From: Vicugna vicugna
Taxonomy: Eukaryota
Assembly (NCBI GenBank): GCA_013265495.1
Contig: MU058718.1
Span: 2,379,779 to 2,443,778 of the forward strand
Length of the DNA stretch: 64,000 bases
Reading direction: 5' to 3'
Notes under the pieces: model-generated
Told to the model about the DNA's origin: nothing
What the model saw: the letters and a program-made list of their open reading frames with translations, nothing else
The model's database searches: none
Made by a program: the position numbers and the translations under genes
Part shown: positions 38,760-50,899 of the stretch, in pieces
Numbering within the stretch: the stretch's first letter is position 1
Layout: the number at the start of each line of letters is the position of its first letter

Positions 38760-41124
38760 AAGTAAAAATCTCATTTTATTGAGCTTCATTTTTATTGCAC
38801 TTCCCAGATTTTTTTTTAAAACAAATTGAAAGTTTTTGGCAACCCTGCATTGAGCAAGTCTGTCCATGCCATTTTCCCAGCAGCATTGGCTCACTTGTGT
38901 CTCTGTATCACATTTTGGTAAGGCTCACAACATTTCACTCTTTCATTATTATTATATTTGTTATGGTGATCTGTGATCAGTGATCTTTGCTGTTACTGTT
39001 GTAATTGTTTTGGGGTGGCCCAAACTGTGCCCATATTAGTTGGTGAACTTAACTGCTTAAATGTGTATGTTCTCACTGCTCCATGGACCCAATGATGCCC
39101 TCCCTCTCCCTCTCCTTGGGCCTCCCTGTTCCCTGAGGCACAACAATATTGAGATTAGGCCAGTTAATAACCTTACAATGGCCTGTAAGTGCTCCAGTGA
39201 AAGGAAGAGTCACAGCTCTCTCGCTCTAAAGCCAAAGCAAGAAATGATTAAGCTTAGTGAAGAAAGCGTGTTGAAAGCAGGCTAAAAGCTGGGCCTTGGT
39301 GCCAAACAATCAGCAGTTATGAATGCAAAGGAAAAGTTCTTGAAGGAAATTAAAAGTGCTACTCCAGTGAATACACGAGTGATAAGAAAGCCTTATTACT
39401 GATATGGAGGAAGTGTGAGTGGCCTGGAGAGAAAAACCAGCCACAACATTTCCTTAAGCCAAAGCCTAATCCAGAGCAAGGCCCTAACTCTTCAGTTCTG
39501 TCAAGGTTGAGGGAGGTGAGGAAGCTACAGAAGAAAAGTCTGAAGAAAAGTCTGAAGGTTGCTTCATGAGGTTTAAGGAAAAAGCTGCCTTCATAACAAA
39601 AGTGCAAGGCGAAGCAGCAAGTACTGACGCAGAAGCTGCAGCAAGTTCTCCAGAAGGTCTAGCTCAGGTCATTCATAGAGGTGACTTCACTAAACAACAG
39701 ATTTTCAGTGTAGATGAAACAGCCTTCTATCAAAAGAAGATGCCACCTGGGACTTTCATGGCTAGAGGGAAGTCAACGCCTGGCTTCAAAGTGTCAAAGG
39801 ACAGGCTGATTCTCTTGTTAGAAGCTAATGCAGCTGGTGACTTTCAGCTGAAGCTAGTGCTCATTTACCATTCTGAAAATCCTAGGGCCCTTAAAAATTA
39901 TGCTAAATCTACTATGTCTGTGCTCTATAAATGGAACAAAAAAGCATGGATGACAGCACATCTGCTTGAAACATGGTTTACTGAGTATTTTAAGCTCACT
40001 GCTGAGATTGCTAGGGAAAAAAAGACTCATTTAAAAATATTACTGCTCATGGACAAACGTACGTGGTCACCCAAGGGCAAGAGCTCTGAGGCAGATGTAC
40101 AGTGAGATCAATACTGTTTTCATGCCTGGTAACACAACAATCATTCTGCAGCCCATGGATCAAAAAGTCATTAAACTTTCAAGTCTTAATATTTAAGAAA
40201 TACACTCCGTAAGGCTGTAGCTGCCATAGACAGTGATTCCTCTGATGGATCTGGGCTAAGTCAATTGAAAACCTTCTAGAAAAGATTCACCATTCTAGAT
40301 GGCATTAAGAATATCAAGTCAAGAAGTCAAGATATCAGTGTCAACAGCAGTTTGGAAGAATCTGATTCCAACCCTCATGGATGATTCTGAAGGAGACTTC
40401 AGTGGAGGATGTCACTGCAGATGCGGTGGAAATGGCAAGTGAACCAGAAATGGAGCATGAAGACGTGATGGAACTGCTGCAGTCTCATGATAAAACTTGA
40501 ACAGATGAGGATTTGCTTCTTATGGATGGGCAAAGAAAGTGGTTTCTTGAGATGGAATCTATTCCTGGTGAAGATGTGTGAAGACTGTAGAAATGACAAC
40601 AACGGATTTAGAGAACTACATAACGTTAGCTCATGAAGCAGCAGCAGGGTTTGAGAGGATTGACACTAATTTTGAAAGAAGTTCTACTGTGGGTAAAATG
40701 CTATCAAACAGCACTGCACACTATAGAGTAGCCATTTGTGAAAAGAAGAGTCAATCAATACAGCAAACTTCACTGTTATCTTATTTTAAGAAAATGCACA
40801 GCCACCCCAACTTCAGCAATCATCACCTTGATCAGTCAGCAACCATCAACATCGAGGCAAGACCCTCCACCAGCGAAAAGATTATGACTTGCTCAAGGCT
40901 CAGATGATGGGTAGCATTTTTTTTTAGCAATGAAGTATTTTAAAATAAAGGTATGTACATTGTTATTTTTAGACAATACTATTTCAGACTTACTGCAGCA
41001 TAGTATAAATATAACTTTTATACGCACTGGGAAACCAAAAAAATTGTGTGACTCACTTTATTGCAATATCCGTTTTATTGCAGTGGTCTGGAACTGACCC
41101 CACAATATCTCTGAGGTCTACCTC
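38760..41124 (+). mobile_element. Tigger1 DNA transposon (TcMar/pogo), near full length, decayed transposase
   Basis: Termini resemble Tigger1 (ctcattttattgagcttc...ggcaaccctgcattgagcaagtc; gcagtggtctggaactgaccccacaatatctctgaggtctacct); ORF 39566-40105 (QIFSVDETAFY...KDRL...NAAGDF...HSENPRALK...NKKAWMT) is a pogo/TIGD1-type DDE domain. Confidence 0.93.
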
Positions 41125-41149
41125 TCCTCCCCTTCAAGCTGATTTCTCA

Positions 41150-41590
41150 TCTGTTGTTCTCCAGCTCTGTGACTAGCGTAATTGCCCACGCAGTTACTCA
41201 AGCCAAAAAGATGGGGTCATCCTTGACTCTTCTTTCCCCCTTGGCCTCAATATCTAAATAACCTCCAAATCCTTTTGGTGACTATTTCTAAATGCATTTC
41301 CAATCTGTCCACTTCTCTTTATCTCCGCTTCCATTTTCTTAGATCTGGTTACCTGAATGACTGCAAGTTAGGAGGCTTCCTAACCAGCATTCCAGCCTCT
41401 AGTCCTGCTCACCACTGTGCAGTTAACCATTTTGCAGCCTGAGTGATCATTCCAAAAAGGAGATCTGATCATGACACTCCCCTGTTTGTAAATGGTTGAT
41501 GTTTCTCTACTGCCTTCAGGTTAAAGTCTAAATTCTTCAACTTGGCATGTAAGACCCACTATGCTCTGGATCCTGCCTATGCTCCATGAA
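41150..41590 (+). mobile_element. LINE-2 fragment
   Basis: ggtcatccttgactcttct, tctgatcatgacactcccctg, aaagtctaaattcttcaacttggc. Confidence 0.6.
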
Positions 41591-41631
41591 GACAAGGACA
41601 ATAGGAGACATAACAGCTATGAAAATTTGAA

Positions 41632-43955
41632 AATGGAAAGAAAATGGACAACAAACTAGTGATTTGGTAGGCCAGAGATAAATACTTTTAATAATCATGA
41701 ATTGTAAGTTTAAAATGAAAAAGTAGGAAATTGTTTATATTAGACAAAACACACTTATATACATATGTATACATAAAGAGTATTGCCTAAATTAATGACA
41801 GACGTACATTTGCAAAAAATATTAAACACAAAGTGAGGGCTGGGATAGTACTCAGAGGAGGTAATATTATCTGTAAATCTAAGTTAAAAAATATGTCAAG
41901 GGGGGAGGGTATAGCTCAGTGGTAGAGTGCATGCCTAGTTCGCACAAGTTCAGTCCCAGGTACTTCCACCAAAAGTAATAAATAAATAGATAAACCTAAT
42001 TACATTCCGCCATCCCTCCAAATACATGAAAATAGGGAGCCCAGCCACTGCCCAAAGTTGCAATAATTTGAACATCAAAAAGAACAATGATTTAGTGGAT
42101 TTGAACTACACTGCATTGTAAAAATCCATATGTCTACATAAAAAGGGAGAGAGCACATGCCAAAGGAGAAATCTGTTTTTTTAATTTGAGAATCATTTTA
42201 TTTTATTGTGAATTTTTTTTATTGAGTAGAGAACTCTTTTAAGTCATTATTTGAGATGGTTTGTAAATTGACTTACTTTGACAACTGGTAGCTAACAAGG
42301 AAGAATTAAGCATTTATATAATCCTTCCTGTAAGAAACACAGAGTAGCCAAATAGCTCCAAGTGATTAGGGAAAGTTCTATTTTACAGAAGAATGATCAC
42401 CAAGAATGTAGAAGGAATGACAGAATTGGAAAAATCTGCCTTTTATCAACCCCTATTAAAATTATTGACTTAGACAATGATGCTTGTTTCAATTAAAACA
42501 TTTAGATATAGGATTGATGGGAACCACAAGCAATAATACCACAGAGATCACGTTCTTGTTTCAAGGGCTGCAAGGGTATTAATTTTTCAATAAAAGGCTC
42601 AGACTGTCATTATCCTAACCCAGAGATGAATCTTAGCACTCAGTTAATATGCATCTTCTCTGATATGATGAAAATGCAACATGAAGCACAATATCACCTA
42701 TGATATATTCTGGCTAAAACAAAAATTAACTTGGATTCATCAAGTCACTGGTTTTAACTTTCAATCTTAAATTTCAGGCGTTGAAGGCCAAAATAAATGG
42801 CATGACAAGGTGGCAAGCAGACAAAGTGGGACACCTCGCTGGGTGTCTTCCACTAGTCAGACTTGTTAAGAAGGGAAAAGAGGCACTGTGCAAAATCAGG
42901 AGACTTAAAGGACACAATGACCAGATATAAAGCATGGTCCTGGATTGGGCTGTGGTTCGGACAAATGAACTGTAAAGGATATTGTGGGAACAAATTGTGG
43001 GATTTGACTATGGAGTAGGTATTAGACAAGATGGAAATGTTTCGATATGGAAAGCTGGAGAACCTTAAGTGAAATAAGCTGACAGCAAAATAGCACAATA
43101 GGTCTCATTTTGGCAAAACACACACACACACACACACAAATATGTGAAGGATACACACTAAGGTGTTAATAATGGTAATTTCCTGGCAGTAGGAGTATGG
43201 TGTGTTATTTCAGTTTTGCTTTTCTTTTTTTGGGTAACTTTTCTACAATGTACATATTTCTTTTAATAATAATGAGGAGGAGGAGGAGAGGAGGAGGAAG
43301 AGGAGGCTGAAAGTACAAAGAAGATGGGAGAGGAGGCCCCTATTGAAGAATCACACCTCCATTCTGGACAAAGGTTCCACAGCTGGAATGGAAGTCCAGG
43401 ATCCTGGCCTTTTATTTCATCCATCAGACTATATCCAATAGAGAAACAAAGATTTCCGAGCAAGCCATCCTCAAATAGAAGAGTTCTAGTGGGCCATATC
43501 CACCTCTGGATTCCATGAAAAATAGTTCTACCAACTTCTCCTCTATGAGCCTAGAGTCCTACTAGGACTTATACTACCTGAGGAGATTCTCACTGTTCAG
43601 GTCAAGTACCAGAAAAAAGTTCCCAAACTCCTACCATCCCCATCTTTTGATGCCTAGAGATAAAAAGATGAATGGAAAGAAAACGGACAACAAACTACTG
43701 ATGTGGCAGGCCAGAGAGAAATACTTTTTATGGTCATGAATTGTTCAGTTGAAAATTAAAAGATAGAAAGTTGTTTATATTAGACAAAAACACAGAGATA
43801 TGTATAATAAAGAGTATTGCCCAAATTAATGACAGAAAAGAACATTAGCAAAAAATTTTAAGTATAAATTGAAGACTAGGGTAGTACCCAGAGGAGGGAA
43901 TATTATTTGTAAACTTAAGTTTAAAAATATGCCAAATTAGGGATCCCAGCCACTG
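41632..43955 (+). repeat. Diverged ~290-bp direct duplication (copy 1 41632-42050, interrupted by a SINE; copy 2 43671-43955)
   Basis: Colinear shared blocks ggacaacaaacta, ttgtttatattagacaaaa, taaagagtattgcc, aaattaatgacaga, cagaggagg, cccagccactg. Confidence 0.9.
41900..42030 (+). mobile_element. tRNA-derived SINE, Vic-1-like (camelid)
   Basis: ggggagggtatagctcagtggtagagtgcatgc with A-box, degenerate B-box, and taaataaacctaattac-like tail. Confidence 0.8.
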
Positions 43956-46456
43956 TCTGATAAATATTTCTGAAGAAGTTGTGGCTTTTCATTTTATTCT
44001 TGGTTCCAAACAGCTTTGAGGCAAAACTGGGTTTCAATAAAGATAACGTATGTTAATTAGCATTTTTGACATTCAAAAGGTTAGTGTGAACTAAAATCTA
44101 GACAGTGGCTGAGCCCAGATGACCTGAGGACTGTACAAAGCTAAAGCTCATTTCCTTTTGCAATTGGCATATTGGAGAGACACACTTCAGCCCCCAAGTG
44201 AATCCTTGATCAGATTGGCCCTGACTGGATAGACCCCAGACAAATTAACCACCCACGAAAACTGCCAATTCTTTTCCTTTTCTGGTACTCTGTGGAACCC
44301 AAACTTAATAGGATACCAAAGAACCAAAACTAAAACCATTAAGTGAACCAATAGCACTTTTCTTTGAAATTTCAGGGGATGGTTATTAGACTGTAGCTCC
44401 ACGTCAGTAACAATAGGGCTTTGAGAAGAATTTGCATCCTAACTTCTCTCTCTTTTTTTTTTTTAATTTCATTTTTACCATTGGGAACTTCCACTCAAAA
44501 AGATTATATACTCAATGGGAGAAAGTCTGTCATTTAAAAGCAGCACTAAGAATAAAAAATAAATTATTTATAGTTGGGGAGTGTCTTCTGTATATCCTTA
44601 GCACTAAAGAAAACACACTAGGATTATCTTTGAAGTCCCTTACAATTCTAAAATTTTTGACTATTGTGTTAGATCTGTTTAGTTAGGATGTATTTTAAGG
44701 ACTTATGCTCCCCCTAGAGGAGTAATACATATAAAAAAATCATTCCGTCGGCTTTTGTTAATTAAGAGTTCTGAAGTTAAATTTTGATGTCATTTGAAAG
44801 AGAAAGAACCCATTAGGAGTTAGGAAAATCTAATTTTAATTAACTATAATTTTTAAATTATAAAAGTAGTAATTCTCTGAAATCATATGACCTTAATATG
44901 ATTCCTGTGTCTAATTTGAAATATGTCCCCCCAGTTTTGTCTGCTTTACAATAACACATTTTAGAAAATATTGCATTCTGCTTTTTTCTCCCTTATTGTA
45001 AGTATTTTCTATGTAGTATCATCAAATCTACCAATTAAACACTAATCATTCCTCCCACTGCTGGACAGCCTGGTTATTTCCAATCATTCAATAACAACTA
45101 CACTTAACATTTTTATACGTGTAGTATTTCCATGTTTGCAGATCTGTTCTTAGGACTGAATCGCAACAGTAAAATTACTAAATCAAAGAATATGACCTTT
45201 TTTTGAAATGACTGTATATAATGCTTCCACATCACTTCCAAAGAGGGTTGTTTCAATTTATGTATTATCAGTAATGCATGAAAATACCACTTTCAGCACA
45301 CCTCAGCACTGCATACTACTGTTTTAAACAATGTTTTGACAATTTAGTAGACCAAAAAATGTTCTCATTGTTTTGATTTGCATTTCTTTGACTTTTTGGT
45401 GATGTTGAACATTTTTCCAAGTTTATGAGTTTTATTTCCTCTTTTGAGAATTCTCTGCTCATGTTCTTTATATATTTATTTTGGGGGACTTCATGTTTTC
45501 TTACTTAGTGAGCTCTTACTATCACAACCACTACACCACCATTTAATAGTGTACTAACACTAGTTAGTACTCACCATTATTTGTTGAGCAATCATAATAG
45601 GTCAAATATTGTGCTAAGAGCTTTACACACAGTTGAAATCCTTGCCACAATCCTGCCAGGAGGAAGGAGATGGAGTCTCAGAAACTAAGTAACTTACCCA
45701 AGTTCACACAGATTTGGATGGTTACTTTCGGCTACAACCATAGCCCCATATAAAGATATACTATATCTTTATTTGTATAACTAAAATATTAATCATTTGT
45801 AATTTTTTTTCCTGGGCCTGTCTGCCCCTCTACTTTAGCTATTCTTTGGACTCAGAGAAGCAGCATATAATACTGTAACTGTACATCTTTTTCAAAGCTA
45901 AACATATCTTGGCTTTAATTAGATGTCACATAATGGCCATTGGAAGTAATAAAAGAATAAGACATGCTTGGCTTTCTCTAAAAACAAGTAAGAGTCTAAA
46001 TTAATGTGTTCCAAACTATTAAACAGTTATTCCTATGTCATATATTGACTAATCTTTCTCTTCCTCATCTATCTGTGATGTGTTCTTTGTCATTCATAGA
46101 GTGAGATCTATATTTGTTCTCCTCTTCACTGACCTAGCCTTTTACGTACATTTATCACATTGCCTTAATTACCATACCTTTGTAAGATGATTAAAACAGA
46201 ATAGGACTAATCCTCTCATAACTAAACTTTCTTCAGCATTTTCTTCCCTTTTCACTCTCCAAGTGAGCTTTAAAATCATTTTGTCAAAGTAGGCAAAAAT
46301 TAGCCTTCTTTTAAAGAAGGAACTCAAAGGGTAGACATTTTGGTTGGGGTTACATTAAGCCTATAAATTAATCTGGACATTGTTATTTTCATATGCAGTC
46401 TTCCTAGCCAGGAATAAACATTTGGTTACTTTTCCAGGTCTTACTTTATATATATA

Positions 46457-46580
46457 TTTTTTAATTTGGGGGGAGAGGTAATTAGGTTTACTTATTTATT
46501 TATATGAGGTACTGGGGATTGAACCCAGGACCTCATGCATGCTAAGTATCCACTCTACCATTTGAGCTATACCTTCCCCC
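46457..46580 (-). mobile_element. tRNA-derived SINE, Vic-1-like (camelid)
   Basis: Reverse strand reads ggggaaggtatagctcaaatggtagagtg...gaggtcctgggttcaatccccagtacctc...aaacctaattacctctcccc, with A and B boxes. Confidence 0.85.
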
Positions 46581-46684
46581 TTATAGTTTCATATAATTTG
46601 CATTTTTTCCTTCATGCCATCACTACATGCCTTGTTAAGATTATTCCTAGGCATCATGTATGTTTTAGTAGCTATTGCAAACAG

Positions 46685-47141
46685 TGATACTGACCTGGGA
46701 CCTTTAACTCTTTAATCAACAGAAATTGCTAAGAGGACAGACGAGAAATTCAGGGAAGGCTTTACTGGGTTTGTGCTGCAGCAGAAGGGAGAGAAAACAA
46801 GTAACAGGTTCCCTTGCTCACTCCCTGACTTGGAGGGGGAGGGGGGTGACCTGATCTCTTAAATGGTGAAGCTAGGGGTAGATCAGTGGGTGGGGATGGA
46901 GGGGTGGCTTAGGTGGTCTGCCTACTCCCTTGCTGGTGCTGTACCCTCTTGTGCTCCAGACATCTCAGAAGTGGCGGTTGGGTTTTGGCCTTTTTGTATC
47001 TAATTGGTTATAATTTTCCCCAACTGTGCATGCGAGCAGTTATTTTTAGTCCATTATAGTTTTTTTGGATTCGTTGCTTGAGGAGACGTTTGTCCAGGTG
47101 CAAGCACTGTAGTAAAGGGTCCCAGGTGCCAGCCTATTTCA
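46685..47141 (-). mobile_element. ERV1-class solo LTR
   Basis: TG...CA termini, 457 bp, flanked by ACAG/ATAG (4-bp TSD with one mismatch); interrupts an old antisense L1. Orientation is inferred. Confidence 0.7.
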
Positions 47142-47338
47142 ATAGGACCTTTTTGTTTGTTTTTGTATAGATTGCTTCTAGTATATAAAATGTTACTGAT
47201 CATTATGTATTTTATATTAAGCCATACTCATAAATTCTTATTTATTTTAGCCGTTTATCAGATGACTTCTTTATATTTTCTAGATACACAATTATGTCAG
47301 TTTAGAAGGATGCTTTTCTTTCTTCTTAGAAAACTCTG

Positions 47339-47840
47339 TGTAGAAAAGAGTTAACATAGGAGGATTGAGACTGCTATCTTTACATAGGCTTGTTTGCAAG
47401 GTTGATCCTTGGGTGGCATCTGGGAACTTGGACTGTGGGAGGGTTTCCTTCATTCTCTAAGTGATAAGGGTAGTTTAATATGCCTACACTGTTTGAGTAA
47501 AAATCTGGCTTGTGCTGAACACCTGTTTTCCTTCTAGGAGTATGAGAGTTTGTTATGTGCCAGGCAGAGGCTGTCTATGTGACCATTTCCAATGCTAACC
47601 TTGGGCACCGCATCCCTAATGGATAACGCTTCGCAGGTGTTGTCACTATTTACTGCTGGAGGAATTGAGCACGTCTGACGCCACTGACCTGAGGACTCCA
47701 GGAAGCTTGTGCCTGGTTTTCTCTGCACGTCACCCCCTGTGCCTTTTCCCACTGCTGACTGTGCTCTGTAGCCTTCCATTGTAGTACAACTATATGCAGA
47801 GTCTTGTGAGTCCTTCTGGAGAATCCTCAAAACTAATACA
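47339..47840 (+). mobile_element. MER21-like LTR
   Basis: tgtagaaaagagttaacatagg...gactgctatc...gcatctgggaacttgg...ggaagcttgtgcctggttttctc...gtgagtccttct. Confidence 0.75.
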
Positions 47841-49003
47841 ATCTGAATCTTTTCTTCAAGTGGTGTTTTTGTCAAGTCGTGGTATCAATAAAAATGCACC
47901 TGCTCTGGATGCCTCAGATGGAGAAAAGTTTGGATCCTTTAATGATGGATTTCCTGCCCACTCCTCTCATGGACCCTACCCTCTGGGGCTCTGGAAAGTG
48001 GACTATGAAAATCACTAGTGCCTGGGATCTTCCCACAATGGTAAATTTTTATCAGTATCCTATTTCTTTGATATTTAATTTTACTTTATGTAATTTTCCC
48101 AATTAATTAGTTAAGTATGTTTTTCCTGCCTATTCCTCTCCTCCAAGGAATCAGCTTTTGGTTGACTTATAGTTTTTCTCATTCTTCCATTTATTTATTT
48201 TTATTATTTTAAGTCCCATTTTGCTTAGGAACTGTGTTCTTTTTCTAAAATTGTAAGTAATGTAATCTTTTCCTCTGTTTTCATATTAAAAATACTTTTT
48301 ACTATGGATTTCCCTCTAAAATACAGGATCCTAACTTTTTTTACATCAATTGATTAATTTTATTTACTAAAACAATTTCAGTTATTTCATTTAAGAGATT
48401 CCCTCCCTGTTCCCATGGTTGTTTGATAGTCTGCAAACTTAAAAGAAGTAATATTTTGAGTAATGTAGCCAACTAGACTATTTAGACTAATCCTCCAGTT
48501 GAAAACAACTAAAAAAAATGTTCTGCAAAGATTCCAAAAGTCTGAAAAGCATAAAAAAGATAAGATGGTAAGGACTTACCAGGTCAAAATCTAAACAAAA
48601 ATGGGACTCTGGAGGGAAAAACAGAACCCTGATGTTGCTTTTGCCTCTGAAGACATCTGCCAACTAAGGAATCTTGGTTATTATTTTTCAAGTCCTTTGA
48701 GTGCCCTTGAGTTTTAAAGGCTCAGTTTGGGTAAAGGTGGGAGTATAATAGGGTTAACTTCTTCAGGTAATGAATGAACCAGAAGTAAACCTGCTCTCAC
48801 TCTCTAAACTTCACCCCCGAGAGATTTACCAAAAATTAAATCCTTTGATGATGAACAGTACAGAGTAGAGAAGGGAAAGCCTTATTTCCAGGAAGTTATA
48901 ACCACATGCCAGCAGTGGTTGTGAGTCTTTAACCCCAATTCACCTTTCCAGGTTGGTCCAAAAAAGTCTTATGTCCTGAATTGGTTTAAAGTAGTCCTGG
49001 ACT

Positions 49004-50573
49004 CTGGATGGCTTCACCGGGGAATTCTACCAAACATACAAAGAACAACTCATACCAGTCCTTCTCAAACTCTTCCAGAAGATTGAAAAGGAGGGAATAC
49101 TCCCAAACTCATTCTATGAAGCCACCATCACCTTGATACCAAAACCAGGCAAAGACACTACCATAAAAGAGAATTACAGTCTCTTCAGCAAATGGTGTTG
49201 GGAAAACTGGACAGTGGCATGTAAAACAATGAAGCTAGAACATTCCCTTACATCACACACAAAAATAAACTCAAAATGGATCAAAGACTTAAATATAAGA
49301 CAAGATACAATAAACCTCCTAGAAGAAAATATAGGCAAAACATTATCTCACATACATCTCAAAAATGTTCTCCTAGAACAGTCTACTCAAGCAATAGAAA
49401 TAAAAGCAAGAATAAACAAATGGGACTTAATGAAACTTACAAGCTTCTGCACAGCAAAGGAAACCATAAGTAAAACAAAAAGACAACCTACGGAATGGGA
49501 GAAAATTTCTGCAAATGAAACCGACAAAGGCTTAATATCCAGAATATATAAGCAGCTCATATGACATAATAAGAAAAAAACAAACAACCCAATTCAAAAA
49601 TGGGCAGAAGACCTAAACAAGCAATTCTCCAACGAAGAAATACAAATGATCAATAGGCACATGAAAAAATGCTCAATATCACTAATTATCAGAGAAATGC
49701 AAATCAAAACTACGAAGAGGTATCACCTCACACCAGTCAGAATGGCCATCATTCAAAAGTCCATAAATGACAAATGCTGGAGAGGCTGTGGAGAAAAGAC
49801 AAAACTCCTATGCTGCTGGTGGGAATGTAGTTTGGTGCAGCCACTGTGGAAAACAGTATGGAGATTCCTCTAAAGACTAGGAATAGACTTACCATATGAC
49901 CCAGGAATCCTACTCCTGGGCATATATCCAGAAGGAATCTTACTTCAAAAAGACATCTGCACCCCAATGTTCATAGCAGCACTATATACAATAGCCAAGA
50001 CATGGAAACAGCCTAAATGTCCATCAAGAGATGACTGGATGAAGAAGCTGTGGTAGATTTATACAATGGAATACTATTTAGCCATAAAAACTGACAACAT
50101 AATGCCATTTGCAGCAACATGGATGCTCCTGGAGAATGTCATTCTAAGTGAAGTAAGCCAGAAAAAGAAAGAAAAATACCATATGAGATTGCTCATACAT
50201 GGAATTTAAAAAAAAAAAAGAACAACATAAATACAAAACAGAAACAGACCCACAGACATAGAATACAAACTTGTGGTTGCCAAGGGGGTGGGGGGTGGGA
50301 AGGGACAGACTGGGATTTCAAAATTTGTAGATACTGACAGGCATATGAAGAATAGATAAACAAGATTATACTGTATAGCACAGGGAAATATATACAAGAT
50401 TTTGTGGTAGCTTGAAGCCAAAAATATGTGACAATGAATATACGTATGTTCATGTGTAACTGAAAAATTGTGCTCCACACTGGAATTTGGCACAACATTG
50501 TAAAATGAGTATAACACAATGAAAAAAATGTTAAAATATAAATAAATAAGTAAATAAATAAATAAATAAAATT
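49004..50573 (+). mobile_element. Young 5'-truncated LINE-1 with an internal ~1.2-kb deletion
   Basis: 15-bp TSD AAGTAGTCCTGGACT (48989-49003) and AAGCAGTCCTGGACT (50574-50588); very similar to the L1 at 5580-9520; (TAAA)n tail. Confidence 0.95.
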
Positions 50574-50899
50574 AAGCAGTCCTGGACTGACTGTAGATGC
50601 CTGGCAAATACAAATTCTCTCTGGAGGAAGGCACCATCATCTGAGGCATCAGAGAATTTCAGAAATATGAGCAGTTAGCACACTACCAAGCACATCAGGA
50701 AATGAGATACCAGAAGCCAGATTCAGCATAAACATACCTACAATGGTTTCAAGTGGCCTTCATTATCTAAATTTTTATTTTGAATTCCAGAAACCAAATA
50801 GATTGGATTTAACAGAATTCCTACACTGTACAAAATGTTGCCACACACTGCACAAATCCCCAGACTCAAGAGCCTAACAGATTCAGATGACGAGAACGT

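Noticed and set aside
39566..40907. TIGD1-like host gene
   Set aside because: The frame is broken by stops and frameshifts within a Tigger1 copy.
41900..41975. tRNA gene
   Set aside because: A-box is present but there is no complete cloverleaf and it runs into a SINE tail; the same applies to 46457-46580.
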